From Paraspadella gotoi (lineage: Eukaryota; Animalia; Chaetognatha), in contig CM119268.1 in NCBI GenBank assembly GCA_051294375.1, forward strand, positions 14,418,060-14,482,059: a DNA stretch of 64,000 nucleotides, read 5' to 3'. The notes beneath the pieces are model-generated. The model did not search any database. It was not told the origin of the DNA and saw only the letters and a list, made by a program, of their open reading frames with translations. The position numbers were made by a program, and so were the translations under genes. Numbering within the stretch: position 1 is the stretch's first letter; each line of letters begins with the position of its first letter. Of this stretch, positions 25,702 to 38,887 are shown piece by piece.

Positions 25702-27340
25702 GCTCTCTGTCTCTCTCTCTCTCCCCCTTTCCGTCTGTCTGTTTTCTCGTCTCTCGACTTCTTTCTCGTGCATTCCAATGATTGTGTTTTTTGGTTCTGT
25801 TTGTTTTGGTGTCGCGCCATCCAGCGGCTTGACCTCTAAAACGCATCGCATTCGTCCGTTCGAGTCCTTTTGTTTATTCATCGACGGCGCTCCTCGTCGG
25901 TTTCCTCTTTGTTTTTTCTCGCAGTTTTTGTTTTGTTCCCGTTTTTCTTTTTCGAGGGAAATCCCTCGTAAAGTCCGCGTACTCGAGGGGTTTTTTTTTT
26001 AAATATTGTATAATTATTAATATTTGTTTATGCGTGGTATTTTGGCCATATTAGACATTGTTTGGATTATTCTAAAATCTTTCCGAACGAAATAAATGGA
26101 TGGTGAATTCTTTTAGTTTTTTGTGAAAAACCGGCCAGTGGAAAATAACAGTTCGTTACAGCGCAAGGACTTTAAAGAAAAACTTAATTGAAACGGTAAC
26201 TGGCAGTTTTCTAAGAACGTTTGCCGAATAAAGAAATCTTTTTTCACTTTTGTGGCTTTTTTCGAGTTTCTTTTTTGTTTTGAAATTCGCCACAATTTTT
26301 GCCGCGCAAGAGAGAGGCAGATGGCTTGACAGGTAGACAGAGATCAATATATATTAAATTTAAAAATGCTTAGGGAGATCAAATTTCAAAATGGCGAGGC
26401 AAAAAAACGGAGGAGAGAGACGAGAGAGAGAAAAAAAATGAGAAATCGATGGTGGGGTGCTGGAAACGTCCGCGCGCAACCTGACGCTTTGTCTAATTTT
26501 AAAATGGCGTCGAACGGGGAAAGTCGAAAGGAGAAATGGGAAGGTAGTGGCGTGTCACAAGTGACACGAATTCGAGGGAACGGGCGTTCACGACTGCAGT
26601 TGCGTCGGAAGAATTTGCAGGAGAAATCGACCGTCTGTTTTGAGTTCGATCGATCGGACCTTCGGATTAGAAATCGTTACCGCCACATTATGTACAATAA
26701 GGAGCGTGGTGTAGGCTAGAAAGCCTTGTTCAGTTCTTTAACCAGGAGTTTAGTGTTTTAACGTCGTTTTTGACGGGCCCGCCGCCCACAGGGTCGCACT
26801 CTCGCCGGCGCATCTTGCGTCGCTCGCTCGCGCGGCCGGTCGACGTCGAATCTAATCGGCGAAGGAGACGCTGGAATAAAGCAGCAGATGGCGTCCGAGG
26901 AATGCGAAGGGACAATGGGCCGGGGGTAGGGAGGGTGAGTTTTCGAGAATTTAGATCGTCAGAGTTCAGGAAGATGAAATTGGTGGGTAAAGGAGAAAGC
27001 GTAAGTGACGTTTGTTGATGCGACGGGGCCTTTTTGAAAAAATCTCAAGTTTAATGAATATGGAGCAAGCGGCGAAAAATCTTTTTTAAACGAATTTGAA
27101 CGCGAGTGAGGAACATATACAGTTAAATAAGTTCAATGATCTAGTTATAATTTTTAAATGGGTTCACTAATTTCTTTTTTGTGAAAGTATTTTACATTGT
27201 GTTTGCACCAAGCGCGTAAATAGCATCGGTAAAGTTTAATTCTAATCTGTTAAAACGCGCTTGGGAAACTCAGCCGCAATCTCATTCATCTGCAATCCGA
27301 CGTCATATGAAATCATCTCCGCTCAAGCGCGCCACTCTCT
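24645..27340 (+). repeat. Inverted duplication, left arm (partner about 31560-33557)
   Basis: The reverse complement of 27240-27335 matches 31577-31675, 25850-25966 matches 32340-32460, and 24645-24745 matches 33460-33557. Confidence 0.85.
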
Positions 27341-29660
27341 CCCTCTCTCCTCCTCTCTCTCCTCTCTCTCTCTCTCTCTTGTCTTCTCTCTCTCTCTCTC
27401 TTCTCTCCTCTCTCTCTCTCTCTCTCCTTCCTCCCTCTCTCCCTCTCTCTCTCTCTGCTCTTCATATCCAGTGCCGGATTTGAGCGCAATATNNNNNNNN
27501 NNNNNNNNNNNNNNNNNCAAAAGAGAAATACGAAATCGCGTAATCAGTTCTAATTATCTTGACTTTTGGAATGGATCCAATTTGAGAGAGAGAAAAAAGA
27601 GAGAGAGTGAAAAGAGAGAGAGAAAGAGAAAGAGAGAGAGATAGAGATATAAATTGTGCGCCACCCGGCCTGGAATTAAAAAGAATGTATTCCATTCCAT
27701 TTTTCATGCAATTGGCCGGCAAATTCTTACACTTTTTTTTTCCCGGGGTTCTTCCTCCCAAAGATTTCAGCCATTTTTCAAAGCCAATCTTTCATCCTTT
27801 CCCTTTCTCTTTTATTTTTCCCCCCCTCCTCTTCCTCCGCCCCTCCACGCCCACCCGATACGAGATAATCTTCCTCCTTTTTTTTCCCTCGATATCTTTT
27901 TTTTTTCTTTCCTCGTTTTAACGAAAAGAATTTATGTCCCATAATTTATCAAAGTTGGACGAAGATTCCGATGACATTTTTCCGTTTCTTTTCTTCGGAG
28001 AAAAGGAGACGAGAATCCAGGTTGTGGATCCGTTGATGGTTTTTTTTTCCCGCGACTTAATTGAATTCCTTTTTTAATTTTTTGTTAAGAGCAGAATCAT
28101 TTTAAAAGTGGAAGCTCCGTCGATGGGAAAGGTGGATTAAATTCGTCATAGTTAAATAAATGCTAGTAACGTTGACATTCTTTCTCGCTATCCACTATTA
28201 TCTGTTTTGTTATTTTCGTTTGTATGTACATTTAGGTCTTAACTTTAGACATAGTTCATAATTTTAGTAGATTGTTATATGGTGACATTTTAAAAAGGCG
28301 CCGGTAAAAAAAACGCTCGTCGGATTTTTGCACAACCGATGGTTATTGTGCTATTGAGATTTTTAAAAATTAGTTGAGTAGAAAATGTTAAAATAATTTA
28401 ATCGTGTTCAAATTGTTATATTTGCATCAGTTTAAAGATATGGTTGAAATAGTAGTGGAGAAAGTTGGCTTGCTAAAATCGGGTTTCATTTTCCAACTCA
28501 CTTTGCAGCAGATTGTTTTCTTTTATTTGTTTTCTTCATTTATCGTGAAATACCAACAATCTAAGAAATCGTTGTCTCCACCGACAAAAGTTATACTGCT
28601 TACCCTTATCAGGAAAGCCACGCTGCTGCCACGTCGTTGCACGACCCTGGTTCGCTGTATCGGCTTGAAGAAAATTGGAAGTTGTTATTGGCTAATTTCA
28701 AAAATAATGCCAAAGAAAAAAATCCATTGGAAAAGAGAGAGTCTATTTTGTCGAAATTCGAATGGCTGAGATTAGGGGAGAAAGGAAAGGAAAAGAGAAG
28801 AGAGAGAGAACGAGAGAAAAGAGAGAGAGAGAGAGAGAGAGAGTAGAGAGAGAGAGAGAGAGAGGACGAGACACGAGAGAGAGAGAGAGAAAGTAGATAG
28901 GACGAGAACAGATGAGAGAGCAGAGAGAAGAGAAGAATCAATCGATTTTGTACGGAGCAGGAGAACCTCTTTTATCAGTTTTGAGACCCCTGAGCTATAT
29001 GAGGGATGGTCGCCAAACTGACCCTGATGCCGGGACCTGGGGGATGAAACAAGATGATGACGATTGATTGATGAATGATGATGATGATTGATTTGATGAC
29101 GCGGGACAGCCGAAGGCTGCGGAAACGAAGGAAGATGCCTGCGAGAAGTCAAAAGTGTAGGCTTATAATGAAACGGGATAGAAAAGAAAGTAAGCCTTGC
29201 AATAAGTGAAGAGAGGAGATCGACCTGATATCGTCATGTGAAAAGTCAGATCGAGACGAGAGAGGAGATCAGAGAGAGAGAGCACGAGGAGGAGAGACCG
29301 ACGAGAGTCTCAGGACAGAAAGGACACATATTCGCAAGCAATCTACCCCATATTAATATGGATTCGCAACAAAGTTGCTCCTATAGGCGGATAAACCAAT
29401 ATGACCAAGAAAGACCCATAAAAAGGGTAGAGCGGAGGTCAAGTGTCTTACGTCTGCTCTTACGGGCAATACGGAACGGCAAAAAGCCAACACTATTTCT
29501 TTTCTCTCTCTCTCTGCTCTCTCTCTCTCTCTCTCNNNNNNNNNNNNNNNNNNNNNNNNNCTCTCTCTCTCTCTCTCTCTGAGAAATAGTGTCGCAACTC
29601 ACCAAGGTGAGGAAGGTGACGTCCATCTAACAAGTGACGCCTCTTTGAAACGAATGAAAA

Positions 29661-29692
<32 letters not shown>

Positions 29693-30087
29693 AACGACGA
29701 CGACGAGAAGAAGAACGTTTCTGACTTTCTCACTTTTTCCGTTATATCACATTTTGACATCATTAAAGTTTAGTCAAAAAAATGTTTGAAGATCTAAACT
29801 GATTAGTTTTAGACCAGTGAATGACTTTTAGTCATAAATGTTTCTTTCTGACTGCATTATTTAAAAAAAAAATAGATAATATTTTTTTGGCTAATGTTTG
29901 ACTAAACTAAAAAGTGACTCATCAGGAAAAGCAAGCATTGTCGCTTTTCTCCTATTTAATTCCTCGCGACTGATTGCTCTTGTTTCGTTCGTCATTTCCT
30001 TCCATTAAAATAAAATTCCGCCAGATTATCGACACCGCCTCAAAGTCAAGATTAGAATCAAAGCGAACGACGACGACGACAATGGGG

Positions 30088-30160
30088 ACGAGCCACGGGT
30101 TCGAACCCGGAACTTCCTTCTTCTCACCGCAGCGTCGAAACCACTAATTCGACTTCGTCC
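30088..30160 (-). mobile_element. Degenerate tRNA-like head (SINE fragment)
   Basis: The minus strand reads GAATTAGTGGTTTCGACGCTG...AGTTCCGGGTTCGAACCCG, an A-like box and a B-box at tRNA-like spacing. Confidence 0.35.
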
Positions 30161-31543
30161 GCGTTGGCCAAACTGACATGTTCGAGAACTAAAACCGACA
30201 ACAACAAAAAAAAACCCGACGGACGGACGGACATACGGAGCGATCGATCCGCTAACCCCGCGGGTTTCCAACCTTTGTAAGAAAGGGGATTTAAAAAAAA
30301 AAGGTCAAAAGGAAAATTTAAATATTTACGAGCTTTCTCGACGTTTATTCTGGTTGTTCGACTTAAAATGTGAAAGAAAAATTAGTTTACGACTCGCGTC
30401 TCACCGTTATGACGGCTTTAAAGGGTTTTTAATTGTGGGCGTAGGAGGGGAATACGACTTATTTTGGGCTTCTTAACTACCGAGGGCCTTTTTATTTAAG
30501 AAAAAAGAAAGATATGGAGAAAAAAAGAAAGAAAGAAAGAGATAAAGAAAAGAATCATGTACGAAAAAAAAGTCAAACGAAAAACTTATCAATAAAACTA
30601 ATATTTGAACGATGATAAGTAAATACATACCCAAATAAGGAGGTAGACAGAGTTTCATTTCTTGCCTTTTCTTTTTCCAAATTTTTCACTTATTTTTTTT
30701 CATTTTTTAATTTTTTAATGGTGCGGAGCAAAATTGAATTGATTAAACAGACTGTTTCTGACTTCGTCGTCTTAGTTGTTTTACGTCACTTTTTATCTTT
30801 CGAATGTTTTTTTTTCCTTTATATTCATCCTTGTGTGCGAGGTGTTTTTTTTTTTAAATGAGACGTAGAATAATCCAATTTTTCTGACATTCTGACATTC
30901 GGCGCGACGACTCCTGTAAAGAAAAAAAAATTATCTGAATATATTGAAATTGTTTCAAAGTCGTTACATGAACAATTTATAAGATTCGGCAAATACAAAC
31001 TACAGAATACAGATCTTTAACCTCTTCATTTNNNNNNNNNNNNNNNNNNNNNNNNNNNNNNNNNNNNNNNNNNNNNNNNNNNNNNNNNNNNNNNNNNNNN
31101 NNNNNNNNNNNNNNNNNNNNNNNNNNNNNNNNNNNNNNNNNNNNNNNNNNNNNNNNNNNNNNNNNNNNGGTGGAACAAATAACGAAAATTGGCGTGGCGC
31201 TGAGCACTCTCGTACACACACACAAGAAAAAGGAAGAAAAAGAGTTGTAAGAAAAATAAACAATGCGAAATAAAAAAAAAAANNNNNNNNNNNNNNNNNN
31301 NNNNNNNNNNNNNNNNNNNNNNNNNNNNNNNNNNNNNNNNNNNNNNNNNNNNNNNNNNNNNNNNNNNNNNNNNNNNNNNNNNNNNNNNNNNNNNNNNNNN
31401 NNNNNNNNNNNNNNNNNNNNNNNNNNNNNNNNNNNNNNNNNNNNNNNNNNNNNNNNNNNNNNNNNNNNNNNNNNNNNNNNNNNNNNNNNNNNNNNNNNNN
31501 NNNNNNNNNNNNNNNNNNNNNNNNNNNNNNNNNNNNNNNNNNN

Positions 31544-31559
<16 letters not shown>

Positions 31560-31579
<20 letters not shown>

Positions 31580-33557
31580 GCGCGTTGAGCGGAGATTGAT
31601 TTCATTACTGACGTCGATGCAGATGAATGAGATTTGCGGCTGAGGTTTCCGAAGCGGTTTTCAGATTAGAATAAACCTTTACCGATGTATTTACGCTTGG
31701 TGCAAAAATGTAAAATATTTCACAAAAGAAATTAGTGAACCATTTAAAAATTATAACTAGATATGAACTTATTTAACTTATATGTCTCACTCGCGTTCAA
31801 ATTCGTTTAAAAAAGATTTTTCGTCGCTTCTCATATTTCTAAACTGAGATTTTTCAAAAAAGGCCCCTCTGATCAACACGGTCACTTTACGCTTTTCCTT
31901 ACCCAATTTCATCTTCCGAACTCAGTCTAATTCTNNNNNNNNNNNNNNNNNNNNNNNNNNNNNNNNNNNNNNNNNNNNNNNNNNNNNNNNNNNNNNNNNN
32001 NNNNNNNNNNNNNNNNNNNNNNNNNNNNNNNNNNNNNNNNNNNNNNNNNNNNNNNNNNNNNNNNNNNNNNNNNNNNNNNNNNNNNNNNNNNNNNNNNNNN
32101 NNNNNNNNNNNNNNNNNNNNNNNNNNNNNNNNNNNNNNNNNNNNNNNNNNNNNNNNNNNNNNNNNNNNNNNNNNNNNNNNNNNNNNNNNNNNNNNNNNNN
32201 NNNNNNNNNNNNNNNNNNNNNNNNNNNNNNNNNNNNNNNNNNNNNNNNNNNNNNNNNNNNNNNNNNNNNNNNNNNNNNNNNNNNNNNNNNNNNNNNNNNN
32301 NNNNNNNNNNNNNNNNNNNNNNNNGCGGATTTACCGAGGGATTTCCCTCGAAAAAGAAAAACGGAAACAAAACAAAAACTCGAAGAAAAAACAAAGAGGA
32401 AACCGACGAGGAGCGCCGTCGATGAATAAACAAAAGACTCGAACGACGAATGGATGACGTTTAGAGGTCAAAGCCGCTGGATGGCGCGACACCAAAACAA
32501 ACAGACAAAAAACAAAATATTGGAAATGAGAGAGAGAGAGAGTGGGAGAGAGAGAGGGAGAAGAGAGAAGAGAGAGAGAGAGAGAGGGAGAGAGAGGAGT
32601 AAGAGAGAGATTGACGAGAGAGAGAGAGAGTGAGAGAGAAATTCGCGGAAAAAAATGAAAAACTGGGCTCTACGAAAAAGCTCCCAAAAAGAGTAAAAAT
32701 AAAAAGCGTGGCATTACGCGATCCTAAACGTAAACAAAATCCAGAAAAATGTAAATAAATCCGGATTGGACGGATGAGGAAGAAGAAGAAGAAAGGAGAA
32801 AATAATTAAAGGAAAATAAGGAAGAATCTAAAAAGAAATGAATAAGAAAGAAAGAGAAAAAAAAAGAAGCGAAAAAAAACAAACAAAAAAAACAGTCAAA
32901 GAAGTAAAGATAGAAAAAAAAACAAACAAAGAAAATAGAAACAAAATGAAAGAAAGAAAAAGAAGGAAATGGGTCCGTTCCTCGGGTATCGGCCATCAGG
33001 TAATATTATAATGGAGAATAAACGCCGCCCGAAAATGAGGCTGTTTACGAAACGCGATCTCACAGCAAAAAAACCGCGAAAGGGGAAATCGGTGGGGGTT
33101 CGAGGAAGAAGAAGGGGGGGGGGGAGAAAGGGAATGTTGAAGCGAGTATGAAGTGAGTGTGATGGCAGAGAAGAGGTTGAGGGCATTGGGTATGATTTTG
33201 GGGCCGGGGGGTAGTAAGATTTTTTCAGCAAGCTGGGTCAGGACGAATGCGAAATGTTTTCAATTCGGGATCAAAGATGAAATGGTCAAGAGATGGCGAA
33301 GACGCTCGATCGTTGATGGTCAAATGCGAATTCAAGCGCTAACGGGTCAACGGGTGTATGGCAGATTGGGTTCAAGGTGATTGGGTCGAAGGTGATTCGA
33401 TCAAAGACGACCGGGTCAAAAATAACTGGGTCTCGAAAAAGATTAACCGGTAATTACGCGCGCCAACGCGATGTGACGTTAGAGAGGAAGAGTTTGGGAG
33501 TTCCCTTATGCACGATCGAATAGAAAAGGGGGAAAAAGGGAGGTGGGGGCCTGGGGG
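31560..33557 (-). repeat. Inverted duplication, right arm (contains a gap of about 390 N)
   Basis: Deletion-rich reverse-complement copy of 24645-27340. Confidence 0.85.
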
Positions 33558-34084
33558 AGTGTGTGGGGAGGAAATATCGGATATTGTTGGGCGGAATTTA
33601 ATGCGCGAAATTGCTTAGATTATGAAAGAGGAAGAGGCGGAGGAAGAGGAGGAAGAGGAGGAGGAGGAAGAGCGAGAGAAAGCGAGCAGCCGATGAGGCG
33701 AAGAAGACGAGGAATAAGAAAAAGTTGATACTTTGTTATGCAAAACTGAGACCCGGGGATACAAAATCTTTCTCTTTCTTTTTTTTTTTCTCGCGCGAAA
33801 AACGCGTTCCTTCCTCGGTTTATCAGTTTATATTCTTCGGGGTTTTTTTTGGTTTATTTCGAAACCAAAACATTTTTTGGTCGTCGTTCGTTTGTTTATG
33901 TCGGATTTTTGTAAGGGTGATTGAGAGAGCGTGAATAATGAGAAATGAATGGATGTGAAGAAGTGAGACAGGGGAAAGAGAAAGGAAAGAGAATAAAAGA
34001 AAAGTCAATTTTGACAAACTGAAAATAAAGCAACAAAATAAACAAGGGAATTCCTAGAAAACCTAAAAAAGAAAATGGGATGTT

Positions 34085-34290
34085 ATGGCAACGGGGAGAT
34101 GTGTGTGATGAACGGGGTATGAGGCATCTCCTGACAGTTGGTGCACAGGGATTTGAACCTACAGTCACCATCCCATGTCACTGGCGTGATTATGACGACA
34201 CCATCACACTATAACCAGTGTGACCGTGAGGTGATTGCACGCGCAACTTAGCCAATGGGACGAGATAAGTTTCACCAAGCTATAAGGGAC
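34085..34290 (-). mobile_element. tRNA-derived SINE-like element, diverged copy 2
   Basis: Shares ATGGCAACGGG, TGTGAT, ATCTC, TGTCACTGGC and CACCATCACA in the same order and similar spacing with 22070-22277. A and B boxes are degenerate. Confidence 0.55.
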
Positions 34291-35322
34291 GCGATGTTAG
34301 GATTCGCCACAAAGTAAAGATATTGTCCTTTCCAATTCTATTCATCTCTACATTCACCTTTACATTCAACTTAATAATTTTCCTGTTCTATTCTTTTCAT
34401 TACTTACAAACATTTTAATTATCCTTTGTATTCATTTTTACTTTCGCCCAACTTTTCTCCTTTTCTCTCCCTTTATTTATTGCCTTTCTTTTTCTTTTCC
34501 TTCATCTTTCTCTCTTTCCCTTTTCTTTCAATCTTCAATTCCCTAGTCATCTCCTCTTTCCCCCGGAAATCTTCCATATTTTCTTTTTCTTCCCCTTCCT
34601 CCTCCTCCTCCTCCTCCTCCTCCTCCTCCTCCTGTTTGACAAGAAGTCGATGGTCGAAAACTGGAATGAATGAGAAAGACGCTGGAATCGCGACGGGAGA
34701 CGAGAGACTTATCGACGCCGCTCGCGCAGCAGGTCGTGTTGCAGTTTCCCTGCAGCAGTATCTCGCAGCAGCCTTCGCGAGTTACAATCAGAGTTGCAGC
34801 CGTGAAAAAAATCTTATTTAACCATATTTTACAATAAGCTCGATCATGGAGGAGCAGCGACTAAGTTCAGAAAAAAACTGCTTTGCCGAAGATAAATAGT
34901 TAAACAAACTAACAAACAAACAGGAAAAACATGACAAAACCAAAAAATATCAAAAGACGTTCTCGGTTTACAAATGTTTTTAGCTGTGTATTGAATAAAT
35001 CATACGAAGTCACGAGATCGACGGAAAGCGACTCAATTCTTTTGTTGCTAGAAGACGGCAACAACGACAACGACGATAAAATCTCCCGTTGATCNNNNNN
35101 NNNNTGTTGCTAGAAGACGACAACAACGACAACGACGATCAAATCTCCCGTTGATCTCTTTTCAAGTTTCAAGTTTCAAGTTTCCAGTTCGAACGAATTT
35201 CGAAATGAGCGCAGTTTCGTCTTCAGTCTTTCTCTTCCAACCGCCCCGTTATTTTGCTTCAATCCCTTCCTATTTCCTAACTCCATTATATTCCTTTCGT
35301 AAATATTTTCCAGTTCTCCCTT

Positions 35323-35487
35323 CCTCGTCTTATTTCCTATTTCCCCTCCTCCTTCTCCTCCTCTTCCTCCACCTCCTCATTCCTCCTCCAGTTTCCCACC
35401 CATTTCGCCGTCATACTATCGTTTATACACGTTCCCATTGAAGGGACGCCCACACAGTCACAACTTCATTCTCTCTCTCTCTCCTCT

Positions 35488-35545
<58 letters not shown>

Positions 35546-36629
35546 CACCTTCAGAGCCGATGGCTGTCACAAACTCTATCCACAACAAATTTCTCAGGAC
35601 AAACGGGGAAAAGTCGAAGGAAAGTTTCCCTTGTCGTTGTTGTTATCATTTCCCCTTTAGTTTAATGTTTGGAGGAAAGTCGACCGAAGCGGAAGAATGG
35701 ATGATTCCTTTGAAAATACGAAAAAACATTAAAGCAGCATGTATTTTTTTTAAAGTATTAGGATAATTTAAAATAAAAAAAAAGTTTTATCATCGCGACT
35801 TTTCTACAAGAGTCGAATGAAAATCTAAATAAGAAAATAACTCAAACTCAAAGGAACATAATGAATTAATTTATATTTTCAAAAAATAATAAATTCCTTA
35901 TTTTCGAAAAAGGAATTAAAAAAATCTCCCGCCAGAAATGAGCGTAATTAGACAAGAACGTTTCAATCAAGCGCCAAATGCTTCCTGCTAGACCCTGTCT
36001 AATCACTCGTCCCACTCGTTCGACCACACCCGAATTAACCCGGCCTCAAAGGCTCACGCCCCCGCGTCTCTTCCTCCTTCGACCCGCGGCTGCAATCGCC
36101 AACATGACGTCAAAATTTCAACTTCAAATGGAATCAACAGAAGTTGCCTCAAGTCGCAAGGTATGATACCTTGAAATCAGAGAAATTAGTCTTTATTAAT
36201 ATTATTAATATTATCATAGTTTTAAAAACTAAAAAAATGGTAAAATCTTAATATCTTAGTGGTCATCTTTCGGTCATTGCTGAGAGATCCAACAGCCGTT
36301 TGTGGGTCATAAGCTATCGAAAAATAAGAGAAAAGAAAGAGGAAGAGAGAGAAGAGAGGAGAGGCAGAGAGATGAGACGAGAGACGAGGAGAGGAGGAGA
36401 GAAATGAGGCAGAGCACAGACGGAGAGTCAAGAGAGAAGTACGAAAGGGTAAAAAAAAGGGGAGAATCCGTGTTGGTCATTTATCTTCAGTGGTGTGTGT
36501 CTTCTCCGGATGATTCTTGGTGCAGAAAAAATGAACGAAAAAAAAAGGGTCGAGTTCCTTCCCTTTTTTTCAGTCGTTTCTTTAATCGACTGAGTCGTCC
36601 CTGGATGTGGGCAGTAGCCTAGAATGGGT

Positions 36630-36663
<34 letters not shown>

Positions 36664-37964
36664 NNNNNNNNNNNNNNNNNNNNNNNNNAACGAACAATCA
36701 ACATAAAAGTCAGTCGCAAGAAGAAAAAGGCAAATCTCTTTCCTCTCTTCTCTCTCTCTCTCTCTCTTACTCTCTCTCTCCTCGTCTCTTCTCACGCCAT
36801 TCTAGCTAACTGCCCCACACATCCAGGGACGGACTCAGTCGATTAAAAGAAACGGACTGGAAAAAAGGGAAGGAACCTCGACCCTTTTTTTTTCGTTGCA
36901 ATTTTTTTCCGTGCACCAAAGAACATCCGGAGGAAGAACCACCACACCAAGCTTGGAAGAGATAAATGACCAACCACCGGATTCTCGCCCTTTTTTTTAA
37001 ACCCCCCTTTCGTACTTCTCTCTTGACTCTCCGTCTGTGCTCTGCCTCATTTCTCTCCTCCTCTCCTCGTCTCTCGTCTCATCTCTCTGCCTCTCCTCTC
37101 TTCTCTCTCTTCCTCTTTCTTTCTCTATTTTTTCCGATAGGGGCTTATGACCACCACAAACGGCTGTTGGATCTCTCAGGGCAATGTCCCGAAAAGATGA
37201 CCACCTAAGAATATTAAGGATTTTAACCATTTTTTTAAGTTTTTAAAACCTATGATAATATTAATAATATTACTAAGACTAAATTTCTCCTGATTTCAAG
37301 TATGCCTACCGTTGCGACTTGAGGGCAACTTTCCTGTTGATTCCCCATTTGAAAGTTGATTTTGACGCTCTGTTGGGGCATTGCAAGCCCGGCGGGTGCG
37401 AAGCAGGAAGAGACACGCCGGGGCGTGAGCCTTTGAGGCGGGTTAATATCGGGTGTGTCGCAACGAGTGGAGCGAGTGATTAGACAGGGTCCTAAGCAGG
37501 AAGCAATTTGGCGCTTGGAAATTGAAACGTTCTTGTCTAATTACGCTCATTTCTGGCGGGAAGATTTTTTTAATTCCTTTTTCGAAAATAAGGAAATTTA
37601 TTATTTTGAAAAAATAATAAATTAATTCATATGTTCCTTTGAGTTTGAGGTTATTTTCTTATTTGATTTTCATTCGACTCTTGTCAGAAAAGTCGCGGAT
37701 GAATAAAAACTTTTTTTTTATTTTTAAATTATCCTAATACTTTAAAAAAATACATGCTCGCTTTAATGTTTTTTCGGTATTTTCAAAGGAATCATCCATT
37801 CTTCGCCCTTTCGGTCGTAAGCTTTCGCTCCCAAAATTCCAAACTAAAGGGGAAAATGATAACAACACGACAAGGGAAACTTTCTTCGACTTTTCCCGTT
37901 GTCCTGAGAAATTTTTGGTTGTGGATAGAGTTTGTGACAAGCCATCGGCTCTGAAGGTGATTGG

Positions 37965-38014
<50 letters not shown>

Positions 38015-38198
38015 AGAGAAGAGGAGAGAGAGAGAGAATGAAGTTGTGACTGTGTGGGCGTCTTCCAATGGGGAACGTGTTAATAAACGATAGTATGGAC
38101 GGGGGCCGAAATGGGGGTGAAACTGGGGGAGGAGGGAAGAGGAGTGGGAAGGGGAGAGGAGGGAAGGAGGAGGGGGAAATAGGAAAATAAGACGAGGG
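35323..38198. repeat. Near-palindromic inverted duplication (arms about 35323-36663 and 36760-38198) centred on a 25-N gap
   Basis: GACGCCCACACAGTCACAACTTCATT (about 35445) vs AATGAAGTTGTGACTGTGTGGGCGTC (about 38037). The right arm carries many extra single-base insertions. Confidence 0.9.
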
Positions 38199-38824
38199 AT
38201 AGGTTAGTCTTTAACCGATTCGAATTGATTCAAATCGTCTCAATTTATATCCATTCTCACTTCCCTTAACTTGGTAGTTTTAATTTTGGTTCCAAGCTTA
38301 ATAATCGCTTAATCTTTCAATACTAAATTACACTACCTCACTTTTTTTCAAGATAAATTTCAAACAATTAGCCCGTGAACCAAATGACCCGCACGTTTCC
38401 TCTTCTCCCATTTGCTCTCTTTTCGCCATATTTCTTTCGGGAAAGAAAGTTTTCCTTCTTTTTTTTCTACTTTTTTCTATTTTACTTTCTTTTTTTTCGA
38501 ACCTCCTTCTAAAAGTTTCCTCTGCACTTTCCATCCTAAAAATTCCTTGTCTTCTTCTTATTTCTTAAAATTACTTCCTTACCTCCTGATATCTTCCTCT
38601 ACCTCTTCCCCAGTCCTCACCTTCGTCAACCTTCCCCTCCTCCCTCTTCTATCCCCCTCCTCCCTCTTCTATCCCCCTCCTTCTCTCCTCCCCTTTTCTC
38701 TCCCCTCCTTTCCCTTTCGTCGCGCGTCTTGGATTCCATACTAATTAATCATAGTAATCCTCGGGAGGCTGGACACGAAATTCCTTCTCTCCTTTTTATC
38801 TCCTTCACTTTTTCTTCCCTCGCC

Positions 38825-38887
<63 letters not shown>

